Shown: one piece after another, positions 13,767 through 27,572 of the stretch | Layout of the letters: the number at the start of each line of letters is the position of its first letter | How positions within the stretch are numbered: position 1 is the first letter of the stretch | Assembly: GCA_049724395.1 (NCBI GenBank) | Contig: JAUGWO010000128.1 | Location: 186,001-250,000 of the forward strand | Direction: 5' to 3' | Source: Spongospora subterranea f. sp. subterranea | Taxonomy: Eukaryota | Length of the DNA stretch: 64,000 nucleotides | Made by a program: the position numbers and the translations under genes | The notes under the pieces: generated by a model | What the model was told of the DNA's origin: nothing | Seen by the model: the letters and a program-made list of their open reading frames with translations, nothing else | The model's database searches: none

Positions 13767-14828
13767 GTGACGCCCCTCGTTCACCTGTTTCTGGGCCGAT
13801 GGAGGATGGGCCTTGCCGCTGGTGCGGATGGCGCTAAGAGCAGGACGGCAGACAAATGAGAGGGGCAGATCCCCTGGGCCGATGGGTTATGGGGCGCTAT
13901 ACAGCTGCTGTGGATGGCCCTTTGAGCGCGTGATCCGGCCACTTGGCGCTACACTGCCTTTTGGGCCGGTGGCTATGAGTCGACCGCGCTAGGAGATGCT
14001 CTTTTACAGCAGAAATGGAATATGGCGATAGAAACAGTAACAGTTTATGACAGAGGTAGAGAACTGAGTGTACATCATGTTACGTCATGGGACGGAAACA
14101 TAAACTGGTCAAGTTTCACGTTTTTTATGTTTTTGTTGTGGCGCATTTCAATCATGTGAATAATCTGAATATGACGTTATGGCAATGGCGTATCCCAGCT
14201 GATTTCCAGCAATCGGAAACCCGTTTGTTATTGTAGTGGTACAAAACAGGTCGATATTGGGCGGCTGAACTTAAAAACAAAGTCACCCCAACGTTGGCAC
14301 TTTTTGGCGAGCACTGCCAACCACATTGCAATTGATACTAACCCGTCGCAGCCGATGACAACACATGGACTATCCATAGGAGTCAAACACCCCCCGTATT
14401 GCCATTATCGCCTTTGGTTCTGTAGCTGTCGATATAGCCCAGGAAAGGTCAACCAGAAACTGAACAGTCTACCGCTCTACACACTCCTTACCGTCGACGA
14501 AAACCCCAATCTGGAGGTTTTAATTGGTCCAAACACCCAAACACCTGTTCTTTATCAAGTTCTGTACCCCATGAATATCCATCACTGCTGATCTCCATCT
14601 ATCATTCATCACTCATCATCATTCGGGACCATAAACTGAATGTTCCACAGACTGATGAACTGTTCGAGATCGAGTGAAGTGAAGTCATTGGTGGTTATCG
14701 GTGGGGGCGACACTGTTGCAACTGCCGGTTCCAGAACGGTGCCTGGGTGTGTCGCCAGCCAGTTATATGGGGCAGCGCATACACAGCTGGAGCAATTCAA
14801 CACCAACAGCCCCATAACTCTAACATCA

Positions 14829-16402
14829 ATGAAGAGCATACCGGCGAGTAAAAGCGGCGGAACAATCAAATCCGATCCTGTAAAAGTGCCAGACAATCGT
14901 AAGGATGATCAAGTTTCTCCATCGGTGAAGCCATTCCGGTTCTCCACGAGTTTGATAATCGTATTGAGTTTGGCGGTCTGCGCCTTTTCGATATACATAT
15001 CGTGGTGGATATTAGAATCCCCAAAGGCAGCGAAAAGCAATGCCGATCGGTTCATGGAGTGGCTGAAAGAAAACGGAGCGCTGATTGATGGAGTTAAAAT
15101 CGCAGGAAACATCGACGGAAACGAACGCGATCTGGTCAGCACCCGGCCCATATACGAAGGGGATGCTGTGGCCGTGCTGCCCCGGGAGCTGATGATCTCG
15201 AAGAACGTGTATGACAACGATCCTGACGTGCAAGAGGCGGTTGATCGGGTTGAGGATATGGATGATACCAGTGAGTTTGGCTGTCTGATCACGATCTCCC
15301 CATCCTTTGCCTGTTCATGGCTGAAGATTGTGTGTGTGTGCAATCGTAGGCAGGCTGGCCGTATTCCTGGTCACCAATCGCGACTCGTTCTGGACGCCCT
15401 TCATCCAGATCCTGCCCAGCTCGATACCAATGCCCATATTCTGGGATCAGGCTGACCTGGCCTATCTACAGATCCCGCGTTTCCTAGAGGAGATCAACGC
15501 CACCAACACGTATCTACACGACACCTATGATCTAATCGAGGAGGTGATACCAGATATCTCCTTTCCTGAGTATAAACTGGCCTGGGCCCAAGTTGCATGT
15601 ACTCAACCATCATCACCATCATATCTCCATCGTACTGAGAATGGGCCCATTTCCATCGCATAGCTAGGGCTTGGGGTGTCGCCCTCGATCAGGTCGACCA
15701 GAGCGTCCTCTTGCCGTTGTTCGATATGGCCGATCACGAGCCCCAGGGGGTGTCGGTGCATTTCGATGAGGATCTGGGCACCGCTTCCATTATCGCCAAT
15801 CGGGATCATATAGGATTATCACTCCCTATTCATACTTATTATCATAATTCCAGGTAATCGGGGGAATATTCCACCACCGACGTCGTAGCTCACCCGTATT
15901 TTATTTTAGCAACTTTGTGTTTTTGTCATCATATGGATTCACATTAACAGGAAATGATCATCATCTTTTGTGTCGTCTCTCTATCGACGATGGATCGGGA
16001 AACCTGGTTCGAAAGGAGCTTACGGCATCATTCGACGATGACGACTTTCAGAATCTCATGACCGAGTTGCGCCAATCGGATGCAGAGTTATCAGAGTTTC
16101 AGAAAGAGCTTGGCGCGTTGGAGACGATCAGCGAAGCGGCAAGCGAACAGCTGAACGAGTTCAGCACAACCATAGAGGACGACGATAAATTACTCCAAAC
16201 CAATCTAACCTTGAACCAGATCAACGCCGTAAGATCTCGACGCCATGAGAAATTATGCCTTTCTCGCTACAAAGACCTGCATTCGATGGTCACCGATGCG
16301 GTCGGGAAAGGCGACTGGTCCGAATTCCAGGAGAGTTATGGATTATGGTCAGGAGCAGATGAATACATCACAAATCTGCAGGCAATGGACCACAAAGTCT
16401 GA
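14829..16402 (+). CDS. SET-domain (Rubisco LSMT/SETD3-like) methyltransferase with N-terminal TM segment (multi-exon)
   Basis: FMEWLKENGA, SFWTPFIQILP, PIFW, LAWAQVASRAW, LLPLFDMADH, FLSSYGF, and the LSMT substrate-binding motif STTIEDDDKLL...RRHEK. Confidence 0.8.
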
Positions 16403-17120
16403 TGTCCAAACGTCGTCTGCGTTATATTCTAATAAAGCCAGTGTCTTGCAGAATGATTACCTTGCCAGGTTCGCTGACCCATAGTTTTGCTTCATCGTTT
16501 GATGTGCACAAATCACTCACAGGCATGAACGCATTTAGAGAGCAAACTATCGGCCTATCGCTGATCAGATTCCTAAAGATTCGGTCATCCGATAGTGCCA
16601 GAACAGGATAGATGGTCGTGTTCTAGCAGACGTTGTGCCTGCAATGTGATCAAATGACGACCGCATTGACACCACCTGTTGTCCGAATTGATGGCCGGGC
16701 AAATACACCACCGCCAGCCGCAAAATCATGATCCATTCGGTGGACACGTTGGAGAGAGTTGAGCAGACAGATGCAAAGGGCATCGAGGCGGTCTGGGGCA
16801 AGGGACCACTCCGATCCACTTCAACAAATCAGCAGCCTCATCTTATCACAAGATGCAAACGGTAACCAGACTTAACTTGATGATTTGAGCGCATCCTAAC
16901 CTTCAATATGGCGCAGGGCGGCGAATCACGCCGTATCCCTAGTGTTGAATGTGACAACTATAGTGTCGCGTCGCATTCGACCAATTTCTGGCCTTTTTTG
17001 AGTCAATTTATTGGGAAATTGGATTAACAAGGACACCTAATAAAACTATTTTCGGATAGCAGTTGTGACCCTCTATCGACCAGCGGCACTTTTCTCAGTT
17101 CGTTATTCATTAATTTCGCG

Positions 17121-17850
17121 ATGGATTTGGTACTGGATGTGACGACGGATTTGCCAACTGCTCAACAGAGTGCTGCTGTGATTGCAACACCTGCATCACA
17201 ATCGCATCGTGGCAGGGGTTGGGGAAGACCTCGCGGTAGCACTGCTGCTCGATCTAACAGAGTCGTTCGCAACTGCTCGGCTGCGAAAGGCTGGAAAATT
17301 TGCACAGAGCATCTTGAAACCATTATGATGGAACCGGCATATGTATCCTCATGTTTTGACGAAAAGCACGCCACTATGTTCGAGCAGTTTGCTCGAACAT
17401 CTTTTACTGGCCTTCAAACGAAGGGATACGACACGACGCGTCATGGCCACATTCTTCTGATGATGGGGCGAAACGTTGACATTTTCGAGGAATCACATCA
17501 ACGATTTCATTCGCCTCAAACAACTCCCACAAGGTGAGGTTTCGTTGCCCGAGATGATATCGTGGTTTTCGATCACAATGTTCTCTCATTGTTTAAACTT
17601 CAATTTGGAGATCACATTGGATTATTTTAGGTCAAAGGGGGCATCGGTTCTTTCATTGGATCGGTTGCGGTTTATTACTTGAAACCTTAAGGCCTATGAT
17701 GTCACCAGACGAGGGGACGGCGATGCAGAAACGTGGGTTTCGCAACGCGATCGCACTGTTTATCTGGAGGCTTTTGAGCAATGTATCAGGAACCGCACCA
17801 TGCAGTTAATTGGCGTTCTAGACCATCTAGTTGTCACCCTTGACGAACCA
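17121..17850 (+). mobile_element. Truncated piggyBac-like transposase remnant
   Basis: Frameshifted ORFs give LSLDRLRFIT...RDRT...LVVTLDE, resembling the piggyBac MSRxRF...DR...xxDE pattern. Similarity ends at the first catalytic D. Confidence 0.4.
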
Positions 17851-18628
17851 ATTTGTTGTCGACCTTGCTCGCTCTGGCGATGGGCAGTTTCCGTAGAATT
17901 TCCCGAAACCGAAGAAAACTCTGCTTGAGGAAAGAAGAGTTTTTTGGAGTATTTTGTACAAACATGTTACTGAAAATGGTCCTCTGGTTCCGATCAAGAT
18001 CTTCAAGCATTCTTCCCAAACGTTGTATTCCAAAACTAAGGGCGGAGTTGATGGTCTGACACTGTTTAGGAGTGTCCTTAATTCACAATCTTCATCTCTG
18101 CTTTGGGAACCAAAATTGATAATCCAATGCCTTAAGAATCTCATGATAGCAAGCTTTATCTCATTCAGATTCACGCAATGCAATCACCCTATCGAGTCAA
18201 CAGTTTTTTTCAAATCGTTAAGCTCGTTCCGTGCAAGTTTGAATGCCGTCGGATCTCTTTCTACATTCCTCTACAATTCTTCTACTGACTCACTTTGCTG
18301 TGCGACACATTCAGCATTTTGATAGGAAAAAAACACGAAAAACCTGCGGGACTTCATTCCACATTTTTCCATCAAATACACGAGTAACAATCATGACAAT
18401 TTGTATACAAGTTGGTCTTGAAGAGATGCTTGAACTGGTACATAGTCAATTTTTTCAACAAACTTCTGCTAATATGTGTTTTCGCCAACCTTTTATCATT
18501 GCGACACTATACCGTAGTGTCGCAATAAAAAGGACCGTAGGGATATGTACAGTTGCCTGGTCGGGTGTACTGTATTATCGCCATAGCGTAAAGAATCGGG
18601 GACATTTGCTGGGGGTAAAACAGCATTT

Positions 18629-19323
18629 ATGGCGACCGCAGCGTTGGGTCAAACCGACACTTCTCACACCTATCAATCCTGGCGCTTTCTCGCCTGGCTG
18701 CAAGCTTGGCCGCTGAACCGTTCGACGTTATTCGATTACTTCAAACAGTCGACATTCTACGATTCATCGTGTAATAACGAACTTCTGATTTTGCAGCGGA
18801 CAGTGGACCATAGCCATTTGAAGTGAATTTTACCTGCTGGCAGACCCCTTCGTCGTGGTCTGACAAATGAACACAGGACCATGGTTGGTCTCGAATATGA
18901 AGTCGATTCCTCGTCGAGGGCGTCTGAAAGCCCTAGCTATTTTCTGATCAAGAAGCAAGACCGACATTCGGAGACCAGTACGACCTGCCTGGCCGTTTAT
19001 TATATCATAGGAACTGGTCCACAATGGGGAACGATATATCAGATGCCCTCTGTGTACTCGGTTTTGGTTTGCAATCTGGTACTGTCGGTATTAACTGGTC
19101 AACGAGGTCATCTTTCAACGCCTAGTGATTATAATAGGGGACTTCGTCATATTATGTTGGGCAAGCGTTGGAGGCTCTGGCGTCACACATCGATTACAGC
19201 CCCCTGACAGGTTATTCCTGGGCTTCAGAGAATAGCGACAAAAATCCAGAAGCACCAGCACCGGTGGCTTATCGATATTCAAATCCTGTGGATGCTGTGA
19301 TAACTAAACAGTATGAGAAGTAA
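18629..19323 (+). CDS. MED6: Mediator subunit 6 (multi-exon)
   Basis: WLQAWPLNRSTLFDYFKQSTFYDSSCNNE; MVGLEYEV; FLIKKQDR; YYII.G.IYQMPSVYSVL. Confidence 0.92.
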
Positions 19324-20012
19324 CTGGATTGATTCGCCATTGAAGAGCCAGGGGAAAACATGTTTTCATATCGTGTTGGTAAATAATGATTCTCGATCAT
19401 CCCCATACAGGAGCCGACTTCGGACCATAACGCCGCTATTTTTATGGGGATGAACAGAATATCAAATACGTCAAGTCTAGGGATCAGGATGTGTTGCTGT
19501 AAAGAACGCCATCATCGATTATCTGATATAACATCTCACCCATACAATAACCGGAATTATACTACCGGTAAAGCAACAGGAATAATGGCATGCGAAATAG
19601 ACAAGAAATGCGACCCACTTTTCGGGAATCCTTTGCAGCAACATTTTTCAGTTGATCAGTTCGTCAAGGTTTCCCAGAATTATGTAATGGCCGGTTTTTC
19701 TCAAAGACGAATCATTGCTGTTTCTGTAGATGTGGATTATCCATTCATTTCTTCTGGATTTGTTCATGTCGTTTCAGGACTACCTACACTTATTGCATCA
19801 ATCGAATCAATTACAATCCTGTTCAAATATATATTTACTCTCTTCTTGAAGAGTTACAATATCGGCGAGTGATGAAAAACCAGATCAGTCACGCTCCATC
19901 AAGAGCTCATTCGGCACCGCCAATTGCCGAGAAACCTTTGATCAGCTTTGATACTGGATTTTGTTGTTGATCTAGACGGCTCAGTCATTTGCCTTGTCAA
20001 TGACAATTATAA

Positions 20013-20505
20013 TCTCCAGCACGATAATGCCAGGCCCCATGGTGCGATCACTAGCTCTGTCGGCGCTTAAACTGGTTTAACCGACTGTTGGCATTTGTCT
20101 GTCAGGCACCTAACAGCCCCGATTTCAATGTGTTAGACTTGGGCTTTTTCAATTCTATTCAATCTTTGCAACATCAGCAAGCTCCTACTGATATTGATGC
20201 GTTGATAATGGCAGTTGAGTCCAGTTTTACCAAACTGTCACCACAAAAACGGGGCGATGTATTTTTGTCCTTATAGAAAGCCTTGGAAGGGAGCTATGAT
20301 AAAACGCCCGTATGCAAAAGCGCATCTTCGAGCGCAAGGAAGACTTGTATTTTTACCTGCAGTCAGGAGGCGATTGGAGAACTCGAAAAGTAATTCATTG
20401 TACGAGTAATGTAATAAAGTGTTCCAATATTTTAGGAGTGCAATCTGGACTTATAATTTAGAACAAATAAAAAATGTGTATCGGACTAATATTGGACGAA
20501 GGGAA
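20013..20505 (+). mobile_element. 3' fragment of plant-type (DD39D-like) mariner with degenerate terminal repeat
   Basis: QHDNARPH and QAPNSPDFNVLDLGFFNSIQSLQ. Ends in ggacgaagggaag, similar to the Stowaway-type TIR end GGACGGAGGGAG. Confidence 0.8.
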
Positions 20506-21650
20506 GATGCGCTTTTTGCACATGGACTAACTTGTACGTATTGGACCCCGTTCCATCATAGCTCCTTTCTGTAAGGACAACAATACATCGTCCAGTGTTT
20601 GTGGTGACAGTTCGGTAAAACTGGACTCAACTGCCGTTATCAACGCATCAATATCAGTAGGAGCATGCTGATGTTGCAAAGATTGAATAAAAAATCCCAA
20701 GTCTAACATATTGAAATCAGCGCTGTTAGGTGGCTGACAGATCAATGACGAACGCCAACCGTCGGTTAAAACCAGTTTGTGCGACGACAGAATTAGTGAT
20801 CGCAGCATGGGCCTGGCATTATCGTGCTGGTCGGTAATTTTCATGTTCTTACTTTCGCCAGGCCATTTGTTTTTAAGGCGGAAATCGCGAGATGTAAAAT
20901 CAAATCGCGATACACTTCGCCATTGACTTCGTTGGGCTTGGTCATCATCAAGCCTCTCTCACGGTTTCTCGAACAATGCTGGGCAGGTTCCTGTTTTACT
21001 ATTGGCCATATCCCGATCTTCCCATCAAACATCCCTCTCCGGTGCGGGTCATACCAAGGCCTTGCAACGTCGGTCAGGAACATCACCTTGGTGATAAACC
21101 GTTTACTTTTCACGTGCCGATGTGGTGCATCTTCATCTGGAGTAAGATCAAAACTTTTTGGTTGTTTCTGTTAGATAAAACAACTTTTCATCCACATGAA
21201 CCGTGTCATTCATCCCATAAAACTTATTTGACTCAGAGTTCGGATCGATCATCGACCAAAAGAACCGAAGCCGCTCCCGTTTGTTGTCCTCGGTCAATGT
21301 GGGCTTTACACAATTGTTGACCCGCTTTATACTTCCGTTTTTGAAAACGTTAAAGAGAGTTGCCCAATGGGATGTGAGCGGCATGTGAAAAAGTGGATCT
21401 CTGTCGCAAAGAAACCTCTTTCACTTTCTGTTGGATGATGTCTCGATTTTTTTGTTTTCGTCCACACCGACCCTTTGTTCTGGCGCTCCCATCGACAGCA
21501 GCAACATTGGCGTACTGTTTTTTGCGGTTGGCCAGATTCGAGAGACAGACTTTGTTGGATACAGAGAACATCTGTGCAATAGATCCAATTGTTCCCTTCG
21601 AAAGTCGTGAATCTGTGTACGCAACCAATAAGTTTGACAGCTGGTGAGAT
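20503..21650 (-). mobile_element. Frameshifted plant-type (DD39D-like) mariner transposase pseudogene
   Basis: KGRCGRK, KPTLTEDNKRERLRF, VHVDEKLFY, KSKRFITKVMFL..VARP..FDGKIGIWP, QHDNARP and QPPNSADFNMLDLGFF across several frames. Confidence 0.9.
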
Positions 21651-23174
21651 CTGAATTGGCTCCCATGGCCTTTCATTGAGGTGAACCGAAACGCGGCGCA
21701 ATGATGTGACCTCTTGTTCCGTGACTCACGTCCCTCCCTGGAAATGTCATGACTCGCACACCAGTGTATTCCGTTCAGCGGAAAAAGGTCGGACAGGCGC
21801 CTTTTTCGACGAGCTTTAGCGCAGCATGCTACTACGACATATAGCATATACAACGAAATTTCTTGAACAAATTTACACTAATATAGCATGAACGGACAAT
21901 AATCCACCTTAATTTTAAAAAAATCTGCAAATCGGAGCTCATTTTTAGCAGTCACAGGACCTCGCGCCGGCACAGCCGGCTTTAAAAACCGAGGCCAGCG
22001 TAGTCACAGGAGATGGCAGATCGCAATCTCACGTCTAGTTCTAACAGCAAATCATGATCCGGGTCAAACTACTCAAACTATCGGCTTTGGTGAAAAACCT
22101 CAATCGAGCGAAGACGAAGAAGTCCAAGCGACCTATCTCTGAGACCGTTGAATTCAAATCTGTTGAAGCCGTTCCATTCACGAACCATTGTGAGTGAGCT
22201 ACAAGGCTGTCTTCTCATTGTTGACCATCAACTGCTTGACCCAAACCACAAGTCTGTTGTACCAGGATGATGAACAGCTTTGATACGAGAACAAATCTGC
22301 AGATTGGAAGCGGCAGAGAGTTTGTCATCGTGCACCTGTTGTAGTCAACTTGACATTATAGGTATTCCTATCTGGCATATTTGTTGCTGATCGAGTTAAC
22401 TAACAGATGCAATAACCGCCATTCCCTCACTCTTTCCATTCTCATAAAGCGATCCTTCCCTCTCCATTATGCAACTCATCTCACTAGGGATATCTCATTG
22501 ATAGCATCAATACAAGAATCATCAACTATTACACGAAACATCGTGTTTGGCTCGCCCAGATGACGTCCTTTTCATACAGGGCCTAATCGGTCACTCCCAC
22601 TTGAATCATATTCCTCAACTCTATCTTTTGGGGTCGTAAAACCGCCAAATAGACCGACATAGGCGATAAATGAGATCAACATTTTGAAGGAGGTTCCCGA
22701 CATGAAGATGTTGCACTCGACGTTGTGTGACTGCTTTGACACTTTCTTCTTGCCAATAACCTGTTGCGTGCTGAACAAGATAGAAATTGTTGGCGAACTC
22801 AGGGATCGAGAGCGAGGCCAGTGATCGTCAATAGACTATTGCAGCTGTATAAATAAGTCATAAACTTGATAACGATTTGAAGTCCGAAACATATTCCAGT
22901 CAGGAAATAGTTTTTTATTTTCTTTGGTCAATTATAGTATTGCCAGGGAGGACATCGCTTCGACAAAGCAGCGTAAAACGGAACCCAATGTTGGAGTTAT
23001 TGTTTGGGACGAAAGGAGGATGACTATGAACCGATAAAAGATCAGCAACTTGCAGCTCAACCGGTAGAAATCTAGTCCTGAAGATAGCACATGCAGGCGC
23101 GATCAGCCGCCCATCATAGCATAACATCAAATAAACTGTAAGGTGTCGCGGGGGTGAAATCGAAGACATCTTGA

Positions 23175-23904
<730 letters not shown>

Positions 23905-24775
23905 AGCAGAAACAAATGAAGAATGGCGACGGCACCGGTAATGTTGGTACTTGAAATTCTACCAATTAGCCATGGCGACGTGAAGCGCCCCGTGGTCATC
24001 ATTGCCCCATGGGTGTCGATGACAACGAGCCGATGACTTGGAACAATCGCGTCGAGTGAAAATAACGCGTTGTTGCCGTGGAACAATCGGTTCGGCGGTC
24101 GGTATACGTAAATGGCGTAATGTTGTAGGGGAGGGTGACCACTGAGCGTCTCGATACAAGACGGGACGACGTGCATAGTAGGTACACTTGTGCGTACACA
24201 CCAATGAAACAAACAGCGGGACGATTCAACTCATGAAACGGTGAATTCGGTCAGTGGTTTTGCGTCATCGTCGGTTTTGGAGCTGTTTTCCGTGGCAATA
24301 ACGTATACTGGCAAGCGTTGATCTGACTCCAAACATCTGTTTTAATTTGACATATTGTCGTCATCATGATGAAACCGTTGCGTAGTAGTAATACATCCAA
24401 CATTGCTATGGGATATTCTACAATTGCTTTGAAAGCGATCCCGTGCTGCAAAAATTGCCAAGCCTGACGATTTACTTTCTGTCGATGTCATCTTTTTTCA
24501 CTCCTGCCGCCACTTGTATCTAATGAACTGTCCTATCGATTGTTTTTCGTGTTAACCCCATAATTAGTGTGGCGACCGCCCCGGTGTGTTCAGGTAGTGT
24601 GGTCACACTAAGAATTGAGGAGAGCGATGCCCTATAGATGTCGAAAGCGATGGCACCGAGTTTATTTACAGCTACCGGTGCAGCCGTGACCGGAGTTGTG
24701 CCGTCCGTCGACAACGCCGTCTTGACAGATGAACCTAAAAAACCCAAGTGCAATCACTCTTACGCATCGATGCAA

Positions 24776-25038
24776 ACCTGTAAAGTGAATCAAAGTGATG
24801 GTTAGAGTTTGGGATTGTGAAGCTCAAAAGCGGCAGGCCGTAAAATTTTCTCTATGCTTTCCTACAAATTCTTTGGAGCTCCAGCGCCAGTGGAGAGCGA
24901 CAAAAAGAGCAAAGCGCAAATGACGGTTGGAGCTCCAGGCAGTTGTAAAAAAACTTCGAGCAATTTTTTGTGGCCTGCCCCTTGAATCTTACAATCCCAT
25001 TAGCCAACCATGATATCAATTCACCAAGATCTACAGGT
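24776..25038. repeat. Degenerate ~260 bp palindrome (fold-back/MITE-like)
   Basis: Nested inverted matches: acctgta/tacaggt, tgggattgt/acaatccca, ggcaggcc/ggcctgcc, plus two ggagctcc cores. Confidence 0.6.
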
Positions 25039-25449
25039 CATCATCGCTTTACTCAAATATGTCACACCGGAAGCGTCTATATGATTATTGACATCCCGTT
25101 TTGCATCATGCACTGCGAGCTGTAGAAAAAAGTTTTTGTTTGGGTTTATAATTTCCTCGACCATGCCGACCTCGACCTTTCTTCGATAAGCCATTGCGCA
25201 TCAACACATTTTTGGTTTTCTTGAGCTCCTGCCTGGCTATCTTTGATTTCTCAATATGTCTGCAGTTTGACACAACTGATTCGAGCACGGCGGTAAAATT
25301 TTTAAATCGCTCGCTTTTCATCCAAAAATTGTTGCAGTCCCGTAGTTCCATTTATTACCCTCAACCAATGTCCAGAAACATAACTTCCTCTCGACCATGT
25401 CTGTTAGCCTGATCAAGCTTCACGTCCCGCTAAATCAGTTGAGGGAGTT

Positions 25450-25860
25450 CAATCAATGCATTCTTTCTGGAATCTACGGTCCACGCTCCGGGGACTTCTT
25501 GGAAACAGATTCTGTTCTTTGAGTTCAGAAATCATTCTCACGACCATGTTCTTTGCTTCTCCTCCAACATCATCAGCGTATGCGACTTCTTACTCACCTC
25601 TGAATCCCAAAGGTCGACCATTATCAACATTGACGGCAAAAATGCTTTTTATCGATGTTTGCAATCAGGTCATCTTGGACCACACCCGCAGCAGACTTAT
25701 TCATCCGCTGCGCAAGATGGTACGCCACTGTCTTTTTCAATCAGTTCCTGCTTTCAGCGGTGCACAGTAAATTCCCGGTCAGCGAGACTTTTGGGTCACA
25801 AGCTGGTTGGGCATGCAGAGTTGAGTGTCCAGCTCGAGTCAGACTTGATTCCTGACCGCT
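25450..25860 (-). mobile_element. Degenerate pogo/DDE_1-like transposase remnant
   Basis: FAVNVDNGRPLGFRGE*EVAYADDVGG resembles a motif I recall from pogo-like transposases of protists and algae; contains stops. Confidence 0.4.
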
Positions 25861-26249
25861 GAGTAAAAAAGCTCTTCGTGTCGAGTGTGATGGTAATCGT
25901 TGGATGATTCATTGCCTTATTGGCTCTGGTCTATGTTCGTAGTTCCGGGTGTTGATGTCAGCAGTTCTGTTAGCAATCCCACAGATAACGAACGTCCCAA
26001 GGCAACAGTGACCGCGTAACGCGTTTGAGCGCCATACTGCACGGCTTTGAACCGATATCATTTCCTCAAATATGTGCTTATGTGTCCTGACCCTTCTTAA
26101 TAAAGCTCATTCGTTTAGTCCCTTTTATTGCTCTTACACTACTCCCAACCGCGATTTGGTTCGATCTCTTCTAGATTGAGAGTCCCAGTTTTCCGTATAT
26201 TCTTGGCCGGCCGCGCTCACATTCTTTCTATCTCTCGCCCGTTGTCCCT

Positions 26250-27262
26250 TCAATATGACTTTGCAGAAGCGTCAGTAAAAATACAGCGAATTGAATCTTC
26301 ACGTGCATGTGCTAAAGTTGCAGAATGAGATATTGGGTTGATAGTGGCTCTAAAGGAGTCTCCATTGCTCAAATCCCATTCAAGAGAAGATATCGGAATC
26401 TTACGGGCAGCGAACTTGTTGCGTTTCTTTGCTCCAGCCATAAGGTCTTCGAGAAATTGTCGAAAGGGCTGGATAAGCGGTTCAAATTCAGGAATATGTG
26501 AACTTAGCCACGTAGATGCAAATATAATTTGCATTAAATCAGCAGCGGTGCTTGGAACGGGCATGTTGGTGAATGCAGATATGCTCGATTTAGAAACGCA
26601 AAACACGGGGGAGGCCCATTTGAGATTGCGGTTCTCGTACACAAATCCAAATTCAATGAGTTGGCGAAAATGTGAAGACAAAAATTCAGCATGAATAGGG
26701 ATGTGTCGTCGGGGTTTGCACAAAAACGGAACAGCCTTTTCCTTTAACTCTAGTATAGCAGGTTCGATTCGGAGGATCTGTTCCAAACGTGACTCGGAAT
26801 ATATGTCGAAATTCATCAATGTACTCTAGAAGAGTTACAATAAATTCGGGAGGAGCAATGCGTGCAGCTTCCGTAACACGTAGATCAAGAGCTTCGATCA
26901 AGGTCGAACCTGTGATACTAGAGTTGAAGGAAGCGGCTGTTCCGTTTTTTTCAAACCCCGACGACACATCCCTATTCATGCTGAAATTTTGTCTTCACAA
27001 TTTCGCTCTACGTGGCTAAGTTCACATATTCCTGAATTTGAACCGCTTATCCAGCCCCTTCGACAATTACTCGAAGACCTTATGGCTGGAGCCAAGAAAC
27101 GCAACAAGTTCGCTGCCCGTAAGATTCCGACATCTTTTCTTGAATAGGATTCAATCCATGAAGACTCCTTTAGAGCCACCATCAACGCAATATCTCATTC
27201 TGCAACTTTAGCACATGCACGTGAAGATTCAATTCGCTGTATTTTTACTGACGCTTCTGCAA
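26250..27262. mobile_element. Ty3/gypsy pol remnant (RT start fused to RT-connection/RNase H) present twice in inverted orientation
   Basis: Minus strand reads FRHIFRVTFGTDPP, WASPVFCVSK, then WLSSHIPEF...LAHA...CIFTDAS, with the RT core deleted. An inverted copy lies at 26903-27262. Confidence 0.85.
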
Positions 27263-27572
27263 GGCGGCCATGCTTATCGTCGTCACAACGTCTGGCATCT
27301 CTCGTCATTGGCGTTTCCTTTCCAGATAATCGTCAAATAGTGTGGCCGCGGAATTCGCCACGGCAAAAATATGCGACATCCGTAAGTCCATCCTTGGCCC
27401 ACACTAATTCCCCGAGCCCACACTCTAAATACCAGATTCCGGTCAGACTCCGAGGACCAACGTCCGGCGTACCACTCTATTCTACACGGGCCAAGTCCGT
27501 CCGGACTTCGATTCCATCTTGTGTTGTTGGCATTGCAAATTGAGCTGCATTGCTGTCGCTGCTTGTTCCGAT

